Below are positions 19,085 to 28,811 of a stretch of 60,173 nucleotides of DNA, piece after piece (position 1 is the first letter of the stretch; each line of letters opens with the position of its first letter). The stretch is taken from the NCBI GenBank assembly GCA_002433595.1, contig DJIL01000012.1:1-60173 (forward strand), given 5' to 3'. Below the pieces are notes generated by a model. That model worked only from the letters and a program-made list of their open reading frames with translations. It was not told the origin of the DNA and did no database searches. The translations under genes were made by a program, and so were the position numbers. Source of the DNA: a bacterium UBP8_UBA6595. Lineage in GTDB: Bacteria; Margulisbacteria; Marinamargulisbacteria; UBA6595.

Positions 19085-20550
19085 CAAGTATTGTTTGGTT
19101 TAAGCGTGATTTGAGAGTCGATGATCATGAGCCATTGAGTCTGGCTGTTTGTCAGGGCCGGGTGATTCCCTTGTATATTGTTGAGCCAGAGTTTTGGCAT
19201 CAACCGGATACCAGTTATCGGCAGTATCAATACCTCGTGACTACGCTTAATGAATTGGATTCCGGTCTAAACTTATTAGGGTCTCGCTTAATTATTCGCT
19301 TGGGCGATGCGGTGGAGGTGTTGGATTCGTTGGTTCAAACCTGGGGTGTGACTCAAATGTTTTCGCACCAAGAAACTGGGAATAACTGGACGTATGCCCG
19401 AGACCGGCGAGTGCAGCGTTGGGCTAAGACACGTGGGGTTTCTTGGCAAGAATCTACGCAAACCGGGGTGGTTCGTCGATTGAAGAATCGCGATGGCTGG
19501 TCCGCTCGGTGGCAAGCAACGATGCAGGCACCGTTGGTTCAGCGCCCCCATCATATTCAGTCTATTCCGGTTGATACACAGGCCATGCCCTCGGCGGATG
19601 CGCTGGGCTTGATGCACGATGGTTATACGACTATTCAATCGGGGGGTAGCCCGATGGCTCATGACACCTTGGCTACATTTTTGGACAATCGTGCGCAGCC
19701 CTACGCACGGGCACTGTCGTCACCGGTTACGGCGTATACCCATTGTTCTCGGTTATCGTCGTATTTGACACTGGGAGCGGTGTCGATGCGAACCGTATCT
19801 CAAGCAACTCAGGCGCGGCAAGTTGCCATTAAGCAACAGGCAATTGGTGGTGGATGGCGCAGTGCCATGCGGTCATTTTCAGGACGCTTGCGGTGGCATT
19901 GCCATTTTATACAAAAGTTAGAAGATGCCCCGCGTATTGAATTTGATAATATGCATTCAGCATACAATGGCTTGAGAGAAAACACCTTTAACGATGCCTA
20001 TTTTGATGCCTGGAAAGCTGGGAAGACAGGGTTTCCTATGGTTGATGCATGCATGCGAGCGTTAACGGCAACCGGGTGGCTCAATTTCAGAATGAGAGCC
20101 ATGTTAATGAGTGTGGCTAGTTATCATTTGTGGTTGCATTGGCGGGAGCCAGCAGTACATTTAGCTCGATTATTTGTAGACTATGAGCCGGGCATTCACT
20201 ATAGCCAAGCACAAATGCAATCCGGTACAACAGGCATTAATAGTGTGCGTATTTACAATCCCATTAAGCAGGGTGTTGATCACGATCCAGCCGGTGAGTT
20301 TATTCGAAAATGGGTGCCGGAACTGGCGCAATGCCCAACGGAGTTTATCCATATGCCTTGGAAAAACGGATACTATAGGCCGCCAATTGTCGATGAGGCT
20401 CAGGCTCGCCAAGCAGCGGCAGCCCAAGTGTACGCATTACGAAAAAAAACCACTCACCAAGAAGAGGCGCAAGCAATTGTGAAGCAGCACGGCAGTCGAA
20501 AACGACCGAGACAATCGGTCAAGCCTGACCAGTTACGATTGCCTATATAA
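19075..20550 (+). CDS. cryptochrome/photolyase-family flavoprotein (not class I CPD type)
   Basis: The N-terminus is IVWFKRDLRVDDHEPL. The FAD-domain core reads KTGFPMVDACMRALTATGWLNFRMRAM...SGTTGINSVRIYNPIKQG. I chose the start at 19075 (MAITSIVW), which overlaps the permease stop by 10 nt. Confidence 0.85.
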   Translation: MAITSIVWFKRDLRVDDHEPLSLAVCQGRVIPLYIVEPEFWHQPDTSYRQYQYLVTTLNELDSGLNLLGSRLIIRLGDAVEVLDSLVQTWGVTQMFSHQETGNNWTYARDRRVQRWAKTRGVSWQESTQTGVVRRLKNRDGWSARWQATMQAPLVQRPHHIQSIPVDTQAMPSADALGLMHDGYTTIQSGGSPMAHDTLATFLDNRAQPYARALSSPVTAYTHCSRLSSYLTLGAVSMRTVSQATQARQVAIKQQAIGGGWRSAMRSFSGRLRWHCHFIQKLEDAPRIEFDNMHSAYNGLRENTFNDAYFDAWKAGKTGFPMVDACMRALTATGWLNFRMRAMLMSVASYHLWLHWREPAVHLARLFVDYEPGIHYSQAQMQSGTTGINSVRIYNPIKQGVDHDPAGEFIRKWVPELAQCPTEFIHMPWKNGYYRPPIVDEAQARQAAAAQVYALRKKTTHQEEAQAIVKQHGSRKRPRQSVKPDQLRLPI

Positions 20551-20995
20551 GCGATAATGAAACGCGGGTACACGAATGCTGAATCAGCATGGATACAATA
20601 GCCAATGTTTTAAAAAGCCATAACCCAGTTCGATAGGCATTGAGGCGTACTAGTACGGGTATTGCCTGCGGATCTCCGACTGTTTCAAGTTGTTTGTGAA
20701 TAGGAATAATTTTAATAAATGTTAGTAACCAAACCAGTATCAAAGAAGCGGTTGCACAGTACAAAGCGGTTGTACGCATAGCTGGAAATGTCCAAAGAAC
20801 GATTAGTGATAGGGATTCAACTAGCATAATAGGGCCTACAACATATGAAATTCGCCGTACGTGATCGGTTGCGTAGCGGGTAAGTTCTTTATGCCCGACG
20901 CTTCCAAACTGTGGGTATACAAGCACTTGAACCAGAATAATTAGGGTGCATATGCTAATAGTGGCAATGCCTTGGGCCCACAAGGCGAGTATCAT
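20543..20995 (-). CDS. small integral membrane protein (4 TM)
   Basis: The 150 aa product has four hydrophobic segments. Its 3' end overlaps the cryptochrome gene by 8 nt (convergent). No family assigned. Confidence 0.55.
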   Translation of the reverse strand: MILALWAQGIATISICTLIILVQVLVYPQFGSVGHKELTRYATDHVRRISYVVGPIMLVESLSLIVLWTFPAMRTTALYCATASLILVWLLTFIKIIPIHKQLETVGDPQAIPVLVRLNAYRTGLWLFKTLAIVSMLIQHSCTRVSLSLI

Positions 20996-21004
20996 GCGAA
21001 CGAA

Positions 21005-21418
21005 TTAAGATACAGGCCCAACATACTCGCCATTAACATGCCAGTAACCGGTTCGTTTAATTCCCACTTCATCATCGTCATCGCGAGTATCATCGTCACT
21101 CAAAAATGTTTTTGGGTTAAACCGTCGAATTTTATGGGGGTGCACAGAGTAAACAATATTACCCGTGTACCGATGTACATGGTAACGGTTCATTCGAGAT
21201 TTAATGCGAATGTAGTCCTCTTCGGAGATCATCATCAAAGGTGCGTGTGTTGGATTTAACTGTGCAAAAGTTGAGAGTTGACTTTGGCTTTTAAAATCGT
21301 TAGAAAGACGCAGCTGATTGGTTTGATCTTTACCAGAGCGTACTAAATCAAAATGACTGCTTCCAATTTTCCGTGGAGACGATCCAGATTGTATGGTTTG
21401 AGATAAAAATGTTTGCAT
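21005..21418 (-). CDS. hypothetical protein (137 aa)
   Basis: This ORF shares a strand with its neighbours. The N-terminal half is Ser/Gln-rich and there is an acidic DDDTRDDDDE patch. I recognise no motif. Confidence 0.45.
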   Translation of the reverse strand: MQTFLSQTIQSGSSPRKIGSSHFDLVRSGKDQTNQLRLSNDFKSQSQLSTFAQLNPTHAPLMMISEEDYIRIKSRMNRYHVHRYTGNIVYSVHPHKIRRFNPKTFLSDDDTRDDDDEVGIKRTGYWHVNGEYVGPVS

Positions 21419-21570
21419 AACTAAGGCTTATTCGCCTAATTAAAAGTATACAAAAAAATGAAGGGTTTGTCTAGTAAAGAGTTATTAAAATGACCGGTGG
21501 GGGGCATGAACCCTTTGCATTTAAAACTTGTGCAAACGAATGCGTCATAACTAAGAACGATACGGCTAAT

Positions 21571-22356
21571 TTAACCATGGATTTGTAGCAAAAATTCAGT
21601 AATATGAGCGATGAGTACGTTGGGATGCTCCGCATGCAGCCAATGCGACCCCGGCATGGCTGTAACATGTGCTTGGCTAAATAATTGATGAATGGTTTCT
21701 ATGTCTGCGTTTAGAATGTAGTCAGAGGCAGTCCCACGTAAAAACAAGGCGGGGGTGTCTGTGCGATTGAGTAATAGGGGTGCCGCCATAATTTCAGGTT
21801 CATGCTGACGAAGCACGTCGAGTGGAATGCGCCAATGCGGATGTGGGGTTAGGACTAAATTATGCAACAAAAATGCTCGGATTTCTGCATGAGTAACCCC
21901 CTGACTTTCTAAGGCTCGGTTGGCGTCTGCTCGGGAGTTTACGGTATCGACCGGAAGGGCTAAACACGCGTCGAACAGCGGAGTTTGCCGGCCCATTGGG
22001 TATATTTTTGGCGCAATATCCACCACAACAATAGATCGAAATAAAGGGGGGTAATTGTGGGCTGTTTGCATGGCTACTTTACCCCCCATGGAATGCCCGA
22101 TAAAACATAAGCCATCGCTTAGCTTTAAGGTCTGGCATAGTTCGGCAATATCATTGGCCATAGCTGTGTAGGTCATAATTGGCGTGTGTGGTGAGTCGCC
22201 ATGGTTGCGCAAATCAGGCAAAATAACTCGATATTGTCGACTAAGCTGTCGGGCAATGGTTAGCCAATTTCGCTTAGAGCCAAACAACCCATGGGCGATT
22301 AGCAGTGTTGCGATTGGTGCGGTTGGTGGATTTAAAATCTGATAATTTAAATTCAT
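21571..22356 (-). CDS. alpha/beta-fold hydrolase (esterase-like)
   Basis: The nucleophile elbow GHSMGG is present. The N-terminus LLIAHGLFGS and a C-terminal His (GSHWLHAEHP) also fit the fold. Confidence 0.8.
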   Translation of the reverse strand: MNLNYQILNPPTAPIATLLIAHGLFGSKRNWLTIARQLSRQYRVILPDLRNHGDSPHTPIMTYTAMANDIAELCQTLKLSDGLCFIGHSMGGKVAMQTAHNYPPLFRSIVVVDIAPKIYPMGRQTPLFDACLALPVDTVNSRADANRALESQGVTHAEIRAFLLHNLVLTPHPHWRIPLDVLRQHEPEIMAAPLLLNRTDTPALFLRGTASDYILNADIETIHQLFSQAHVTAMPGSHWLHAEHPNVLIAHITEFLLQIHG

Positions 22357-22426
22357 TGTCTTGGCATTTAGTGTACCCCACGCACCGGCGTACTCGCTAC
22401 TTGGGAATGATGTGTGGGGTCGGGGG

Positions 22427-22455
22427 TTGTTGAGCTTGTCTGTATTTGATATAAT
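22427..22455 (+). promoter_or_regulatory. sigma70-type promoter for rplU operon
   Basis: TTGTTG, a 17 nt spacer and TATAAT, lying 44 nt upstream of the rplU ATG. Confidence 0.5.
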
Positions 22456-22499
22456 TATCGAACTATAAAAATAAAATTAACAAATGGTGAAAAGTTATT

Positions 22500-22817
22500 A
22501 TGATTGCAATTATTGAACAAGGAAGTAAACAATTTAAAGTTTCAGTGGGAACGATTATTGACATTGATCGAATTGAAAACCCATCGGATTCTATTGTATT
22601 AGAAAAAGTTTTGCTCGTTTCGGATGAATCGGGGAGTACAATTGGCAAGCCGTATGTTGATGCAGCGGTAGTTCACGCAGAAGTGCTAGAGCCACTGCAC
22701 AAAGACGAGAAGGTGACTGTTTTTAAATTCAAAACAAAAACCGGTTATAAAGTTAAGCAGGGGCATCGGCAGCAATATACTCGCGTTAGAGTCACGGCAA
22801 TTGAGTCGGGTAAGTAA
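22500..22817 (+). CDS. rplU: 50S ribosomal protein L21
   Basis: The product begins [14 protein letters not shown]. The 105 aa size and the position directly upstream of rpmA fit L21. Confidence 0.95.
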   Translation: MIAIIEQGSKQFKVSVGTIIDIDRIENPSDSIVLEKVLLVSDESGSTIGKPYVDAAVVHAEVLEPLHKDEKVTVFKFKTKTGYKVKQGHRQQYTRVRVTAIESGK

Positions 22818-22828
22818 AGGAGTCGGTA

Positions 22829-23092
22829 ATGGCACATAAAAAAGGAAAAGGAAGTACTAAGAACGGTCGCGATAGTCAAAGCAAGCGGCTTGGAGTTAAA
22901 CGGTTTGGTGGCGAGTTGGTTTCTGATGGGGAGATTTTAATTCGACAGCGGGGGACTCAGTTTCACCCAGGCAATCACGTGGGTTTAGGAAGAGATTATA
23001 CGTTGTATGCTAAAAAGACCGGCACGGTTACCTTTTCTCGTTTTTCAAAGAAGCGATTAAAAGTATCCATTGTTCCAGTTGAAGCTGTTTAA
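22829..23092 (+). CDS. rpmA: 50S ribosomal protein L27
   Basis: The product begins [24 protein letters not shown]. An AAGGAG SD lies upstream. Confidence 0.95.
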   Translation: MAHKKGKGSTKNGRDSQSKRLGVKRFGGELVSDGEILIRQRGTQFHPGNHVGLGRDYTLYAKKTGTVTFSRFSKKRLKVSIVPVEAV

Positions 23093-23117
23093 TTGGGCCC
23101 CAGTGTAGGGGGGCATT

Positions 23118-24113
23118 ATGGCATTTGTTGATACAGCAACGGTGTCTTTAGAAGCTGGGCATGGAGGCGCTGGCGCTGTCAGCTTTCGGAAAGAAAAGTT
23201 TGCACCCAAAGGCGGACCGGATGGGGGCGATGGGGGGCGTGGCGGATCCATTATTTTGTCGGCTGATTTGAGCTGTCAAACCCTTATGGACATGCGGTTG
23301 AAAAGGAAGTATCAAGCCCCCAATGGTCAACCGGGCCGACCCCGTAAACAATATGGTTCTAATGGGTCTGACTTAATTCTTCCCGTTCCATGCGGGACAC
23401 TGATTTACCAAGCAGGCACCCAAGAATTAATGGCTGATTTGGTGACGCCGGGTCAACAGTGTGTTGTTGTTCGTGGGGGTAAAGGTGGGCGTGGAAACAC
23501 CCATTTTTCAACGGCAAAGCACAAAACTCCGCGATATGCGCAGCCGGGTCTTCCGGGAGAATCTGAGACTATTGCATTGGAACTTAAATTGTTAGCGGAT
23601 ATAGGATTGGTCGGGTTGCCCAATGCCGGAAAGTCAACGCTATTGAAAGTATTAACAGGCTCTAAAGCCAAGGTGGCAGCGTATCCATTTAGTACGCTTC
23701 GGCCGAACTTAGCTGTTTTGGAGCACCATGGGAAAGGCCGGATTATTGCCGATATTCCAGGTTTAGTAGAAGGGGCTGATAGCGGTGTAGGCTTAGGTAA
23801 TGCGTTTTTGAGACATGTGTCGCGCACGCACATGTTGATTCATTTAGTCAGCGTGGCCTATCAAACGCCAGAGTCTTGTGTGAAAAATTATACAATTATC
23901 ATTAACGAATTGAAGAAAAGCGGCGTTTTAGATCATTTGGGTCGTCGAGCGATGGTAACGGTGTTGAGTCAAATAGATGTCTTAGAATCTGAAGCATTGG
24001 ATAGTTTTACTGAAGCATTTACTCAGGCAGGCATTGCTATTCGGCCAATTTCGGCTATTACGCAACAGGGCTTGTCGGAATTGAAGCACGTGGTATGGGA
24101 GTCCTTAGAGTGA
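23118..24113 (+). CDS. obg: GTPase Obg
   Basis: The Gly-rich Obg fold reads GHGGAGAVSFRKEKFAPKGGPDGGDGGRGGSI. GTPase motifs G1 (GLPNAGKST) and G3 (DIPG) are present. Confidence 0.93.
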   Translation: MAFVDTATVSLEAGHGGAGAVSFRKEKFAPKGGPDGGDGGRGGSIILSADLSCQTLMDMRLKRKYQAPNGQPGRPRKQYGSNGSDLILPVPCGTLIYQAGTQELMADLVTPGQQCVVVRGGKGGRGNTHFSTAKHKTPRYAQPGLPGESETIALELKLLADIGLVGLPNAGKSTLLKVLTGSKAKVAAYPFSTLRPNLAVLEHHGKGRIIADIPGLVEGADSGVGLGNAFLRHVSRTHMLIHLVSVAYQTPESCVKNYTIIINELKKSGVLDHLGRRAMVTVLSQIDVLESEALDSFTEAFTQAGIAIRPISAITQQGLSELKHVVWESLE

Positions 24114-24847
24114 CACGGGTAGTGAAGATTGGTAGTCGCGTATTAACCACAGCAGATGGGCAGCTTGATTTAAATCAAATGCGCCAGTTGGTGTCGGATA
24201 TTATGGCTGCTCAAAAATTTGACGGTTCCCCTGTTGTGTTAGTATCATCAGGTGCCATTATTTGTGGGTCGGGCGTTTTGAACTCTCCGGTGAATACCTT
24301 GCCAGAAAAGCAAGCCGCAGCGGCAGTTGGGCAAGGGTTTTTAATGGCAGAGTATCGTCGGTTTTTCAGGGACTTTGGACTGTCGGTTGCCCAGATATTA
24401 GTGACCCAGGATAGCTTTGAAAATCCGGAAAAACGACACAATATTAAAAATACGCTAGATGCCTTGCTGGCCAAGCAGGTGATTCCGATTATTAATGAAA
24501 ACGATACCGTATCAACAGCAGAAATTAATTTGGGGGATAACGATCAACTGGCAAGCCTAACGGCACGCTTGATAACAGCCAGTCAGTTAATTTTGCTTAG
24601 TGATGTTGATGGGGTATATGGAGCGAATGGTCAAGTGATTACGGAGCTAAATAGTCAGTTGGTTTCAATTGATAGCCTGGTTGACGATGCGCGTCGTTGC
24701 GTATCCAATGGCGGAATGCGGTCAAAGTTGTTGGCAGCCTATGATGCTGTAGCCGCTAATATTGCAGTGACAATTGCCAATGGATCAACCCCCAATGTAA
24801 TTATGCGGGCGGTTAAAAATCATAATATTGGGACTCAGATTATATAG
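24095..24847 (+). CDS. proB: glutamate 5-kinase (no PUA domain)
   Basis: It contains VVKIGSRVLT and NENDTVS. At 250 aa the C-terminal PUA domain is absent. The start is either the ATG at 24095 or the GTG at 24110, which overlaps the obg stop as GTGA. Confidence 0.88.
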   Translation: MGVLRVTRVVKIGSRVLTTADGQLDLNQMRQLVSDIMAAQKFDGSPVVLVSSGAIICGSGVLNSPVNTLPEKQAAAAVGQGFLMAEYRRFFRDFGLSVAQILVTQDSFENPEKRHNIKNTLDALLAKQVIPIINENDTVSTAEINLGDNDQLASLTARLITASQLILLSDVDGVYGANGQVITELNSQLVSIDSLVDDARRCVSNGGMRSKLLAAYDAVAANIAVTIANGSTPNVIMRAVKNHNIGTQII

Positions 24848-24856
24848 GAGATTACT

Positions 24857-26095
24857 ATGGAAATAGAACAGCAGTGTCAGATCGCCAAGCAGGCGTCTAG
24901 TGCAATGGCAACGCTCTCAACAGCCGATAAAAATGGTGTAATTCTAGCGATGGCTGATGCATTAGATGGGGCTCATGATGCCATTTTTCTAGCCAATCAA
25001 TCCGATATTCAAATGGGGAAGTCAGCCGGTCTTAGTTCAGCGTTGCTGGATCGCCTGAGACTAACGCCGGATCGATTAACGGGGGTTGCCAATAGTTTAA
25101 GAGCCATTGCGGCATTGCCCGATCCAGTTGGAACTGTTACTACAGGGTTTCGACGACCCAATGGTCTGAATATCATTCAGCAGTCGGTGCCAATTGGGGT
25201 TCTGGGTATTATATATGAAGCTCGGCCAAATGTTACGGTTGATGCAATTGGGCTGGCGATCAAATCAGGCAATGCGTTGGTATTGCGGGGTAGCCAGTCG
25301 GCCACGCATACCAATCGGGCCTTGGTGGAGGTGCTAATGGCGGTGGCCTCACCAAGGGTTCCTGATGGATCAGTGCAATTGTTGCACGATACCAGTCGCG
25401 ATGGTGTGAGTGTGCTGTTGGGTATGCGAGAGTATATTGATGTGATGATTCCCCGAGGCGGTGCCGGGTTGATCCAACGAGTAGTGCACGAAGCAACGAT
25501 GCCCACTATTGAAACCGGCGAGGGGATTTGTCACGTTTATGTGGATGAATTAGCCAACTTAGAGAATGCCTTAGATATTGTGGTTAATGCTAAGACCCAA
25601 CGCCCATCGGTATGCAATGCGTGTGAGACGGTCTTGGTTCACGAGTCTTTAACGCAGTGGGTCCCTACAATAGTAGGCGCATTGGTAGAGCGTGGCGTGA
25701 CGGTTCGGGGGTGTATGTCTGTTCAAGCGTGCCACCAGCAGGTGGTGCCTGCGCAAGCGTCTGATTGGGCAACTGAGTATTTAGACCTTACAGTTGCCAT
25801 GAAAATAGTGCCAAATTGTGAAGCGGCTATACAGCACATTAATCAGTATGGGTCGCATCACTCAGAAGTGATTGTTAGTGATTCGTATACGGCGATTGCT
25901 GCGTTTACCAATCGGGTGGACGCAGCGGCTGTATTGGTCAATGCATCCAGTCGATTTACCGATGGTGGGGAGTTTGGGTTTGGAACTGAAATGGGTATTT
26001 CAACTCAAAAATTACATGTGCGTGGCCCTGTGGGGCTGCAACATTTAACAACCAGCAAATACATTGTGTATGGCACGGGCCAAATTCGCGGATGA
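24857..26095 (+). CDS. proA: glutamate-5-semialdehyde dehydrogenase
   Basis: It has an aldehyde dehydrogenase fold with the catalytic Cys context VCNACETVLVH. It sits after proB and is preceded by a TAGGAG SD. Confidence 0.92.
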   Translation: MEIEQQCQIAKQASSAMATLSTADKNGVILAMADALDGAHDAIFLANQSDIQMGKSAGLSSALLDRLRLTPDRLTGVANSLRAIAALPDPVGTVTTGFRRPNGLNIIQQSVPIGVLGIIYEARPNVTVDAIGLAIKSGNALVLRGSQSATHTNRALVEVLMAVASPRVPDGSVQLLHDTSRDGVSVLLGMREYIDVMIPRGGAGLIQRVVHEATMPTIETGEGICHVYVDELANLENALDIVVNAKTQRPSVCNACETVLVHESLTQWVPTIVGALVERGVTVRGCMSVQACHQQVVPAQASDWATEYLDLTVAMKIVPNCEAAIQHINQYGSHHSEVIVSDSYTAIAAFTNRVDAAAVLVNASSRFTDGGEFGFGTEMGISTQKLHVRGPVGLQHLTTSKYIVYGTGQIRG

Positions 26096-26147
26096 TCCGA
26101 GTGTGAACGTATATACAATTGGGCAAAAATTCGCTACACTAAGAGTC

Positions 26148-28811
26148 ATGGAATCATCAACAGCAACAGAAATTCAACGGTGTTTAGAATCTTTAGCGTA
26201 CATTCTTCAATTTAAGACAGAAGCAGAAGCAGAGCAACTGCTTCGTACGGTTATGGATCAGGCTCATTTGTTGGGGTTGCCAATTAAAATAACAAATACG
26301 CCGTATATTAATACAATTCCAGCAAATAAGCAGCCCAAGTATCCAGGCAATATAGAACTGGAAAAGCGGCTGCAAAATATTATTCAATGGAATGCAATGG
26401 CGATGGTTGTTAAGGCCAATCGCGAGAACGATGGTATTGGTGGCCATATTTCATCGTATGCATCCAGTGTGCATTTATATGAGGTAGCGTTTAATCACTT
26501 TTTTCGTGGGTATGGGAACAATCACAATGCCGATCAAGTTTATTTTCAAGGCCATGCATCGCCAGGTATTTATTCGCGAGCATATGTTGAAGGTCGGTTG
26601 GAAGCTAAGCAGTTGCATCATTTTCGTCAAGAATTAGCGGAGGGGGGTGGCTTGTCTAGTTACCCTCACCCGTATTTAATGCCAAACTTTTGGCAGTTTC
26701 CAACGGTGTCCATGGGTCTTGGCCCGATTATGGCAATTTATCAAGCACGATTTAACCGATACTTAGTAGCACGGGGTATTTTGTCTAAAGATGATAGTCG
26801 CGTGTGGTGTTTTATTGGTGATGGTGAAACGGGTGAGCCAGAAACCCTTGGCGCATTGTTTATGGCATCGCGAGAAAAGCTTGATAATTTAATATTTGTT
26901 GTAAATTGCAACCTTCAACGATTAGATGGGCCGGTTAATGGCAATGGAAAGATTATTCAAGAGCTTGAGTCTGTATTTAGTGGGGCGGGTTGGAATGTTA
27001 TCAAATTAATTTGGGGTAGTGATTGGGATCCCTTGTTGGCTTCAGATCAGCGAGAAACCCTGGTTAAACTATTGAATGAAACTGTAGATGGGCAATATCA
27101 GAAGTATTCCGTAGCACCTGGAAGCTATACAAGAAATAATTTTTTTGGCAAGTATCCAGAATTGGCAGAGCTGGCCAACCAACTAACCGACCAGCAAATT
27201 TTAGATATGCGCCGGGGTGGGCATGATTTGCATAAGATTTACGCTGCATATCAGGCTGCTGTCGATCATCAAGGGCAACCCACGGTTGTTTTAGCTAAAA
27301 CAGTCAAGGGGTATGGGTTGGGTGAGGCTGGTGAAGGCCGTAATATTTCTCATCAACAAAAAAAGATGAATGAAAAAGAATTGCGCCAATTCAAAAAATG
27401 GCTCGATATCCCATTGGATGAAGATGAAGTGGCCAACGCCCCATTTTACAAGCCAGATCCAAGTGCGCCTGAAATTCAGTATTTATTAAAACAGAGAGAG
27501 AAGCTGGGTGGCTTTTTGCCCGAGCGACGGACTGAAAAAACAGCGTTTGAGTTGCCAAAAGAATCCGCATTCGAGTCCTTTTTTGGGGATTCTGGTAACT
27601 CAAAAATGTCAACAACAATGGCATTTGTACGTGTTTTAACAATGTTGCTGAAAGACAAAGCCGTGGGTCGTTATATTGTTCCAATTGTGCCAGATGAATG
27701 CCGAACCTTTGGTATGGAAGCCTTATTTAGACAAATTGGAATTTATGCATCAGAGGGTCAAAAGTATGAGCCTGTGGACAGAGAATCTCTACTGTACTAT
27801 AGAGAAGCGAGTGATGGGCAAATGCTTGAAGAGGGAATTTCAGAGGCGGGTGGAATGGCATCGTTCCTAGCTGCCGGAACGAGCTATGCAACACATGGGG
27901 TTACAACCATTCCGTTCTATATTTACTACTCTATGTTTGGATTCCAGCGTGTGGGCGATATGATTTGGTTGGCCGGAGATATTCGAGCAAAAGGATTTCT
28001 ACTGGGCGGTACGGCTGGTCGAACCACCCTAAATGGGGAAGGCTTGCAGCATCAGGACGGACACAGTCATTTAATTGCGAGTACAAACCCAGCATGTGTC
28101 GCGTATGACCCCTCATTTCGGTTTGAAATTGCCATTATGATTCAACAAGGCATGCAGCGCATGTATGTGGATAATGAAGATTTGTTTTACTACATTACAG
28201 TGGGGAATGAAAACTATGCCATGCCCGCACGTCCCGAGTCCGCAACAACGGATAGCATTATGCGTGGGCTTTATAAATTTAAAACGGCTAGTGTAGCAGT
28301 TGAAACGCCCACGGCACAGGCGCATTTACTGGGAAGTGGCGCCATTATGCCATCCGTTCTGGAGGCACAAGTTGTGCTAGAATCCGAATACGGAATACCC
28401 ACACAGGTTTGGAGCGTGACGAGTTACCAGCAACTGAGGCGCGATGCGTTAGATGTTGAACGCCGCAATCGATTAAATCCAGAGGCTAGCCCTGAACAAG
28501 CCTATATTCAACGCTGTTTTGAGAATGAAACGGGCGTATTTATTGCAGCGTCTGATAACATGAAAGTCGTGTCTGATCAAATTTCAGCGTGGGTTCCGGG
28601 CGGGTTAACCAGCTTGGGAACCGATGGGTTTGGGCGAAGCGATACACGTGCGCAGTTGAGACGTTTTTTTGAAGTGGATACTGGCTTTATTGTATATACC
28701 ACAGTCTACACATTGTATCGGCGTGGTGATGTGTCGGTGGATCAAGTAAGAAAAGCAATGGATCAATACGCTATTGATCCAAATAAATTGTATGGGAGAA
28801 CAGTAATCTAA
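26148..28811 (+). CDS. aceE: pyruvate dehydrogenase E1 component, homodimeric type
   Basis: The 887 aa product has YINTIP...PGN.ELE...W and a GDGE ThDP motif (FIGDGETGEPE). It aligns by eye with E. coli AceE from MESSTATE onward. The track ORF starts earlier, at 26064. Confidence 0.92.
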   Translation: MESSTATEIQRCLESLAYILQFKTEAEAEQLLRTVMDQAHLLGLPIKITNTPYINTIPANKQPKYPGNIELEKRLQNIIQWNAMAMVVKANRENDGIGGHISSYASSVHLYEVAFNHFFRGYGNNHNADQVYFQGHASPGIYSRAYVEGRLEAKQLHHFRQELAEGGGLSSYPHPYLMPNFWQFPTVSMGLGPIMAIYQARFNRYLVARGILSKDDSRVWCFIGDGETGEPETLGALFMASREKLDNLIFVVNCNLQRLDGPVNGNGKIIQELESVFSGAGWNVIKLIWGSDWDPLLASDQRETLVKLLNETVDGQYQKYSVAPGSYTRNNFFGKYPELAELANQLTDQQILDMRRGGHDLHKIYAAYQAAVDHQGQPTVVLAKTVKGYGLGEAGEGRNISHQQKKMNEKELRQFKKWLDIPLDEDEVANAPFYKPDPSAPEIQYLLKQREKLGGFLPERRTEKTAFELPKESAFESFFGDSGNSKMSTTMAFVRVLTMLLKDKAVGRYIVPIVPDECRTFGMEALFRQIGIYASEGQKYEPVDRESLLYYREASDGQMLEEGISEAGGMASFLAAGTSYATHGVTTIPFYIYYSMFGFQRVGDMIWLAGDIRAKGFLLGGTAGRTTLNGEGLQHQDGHSHLIASTNPACVAYDPSFRFEIAIMIQQGMQRMYVDNEDLFYYITVGNENYAMPARPESATTDSIMRGLYKFKTASVAVETPTAQAHLLGSGAIMPSVLEAQVVLESEYGIPTQVWSVTSYQQLRRDALDVERRNRLNPEASPEQAYIQRCFENETGVFIAASDNMKVVSDQISAWVPGGLTSLGTDGFGRSDTRAQLRRFFEVDTGFIVYTTVYTLYRRGDVSVDQVRKAMDQYAIDPNKLYGRTVI

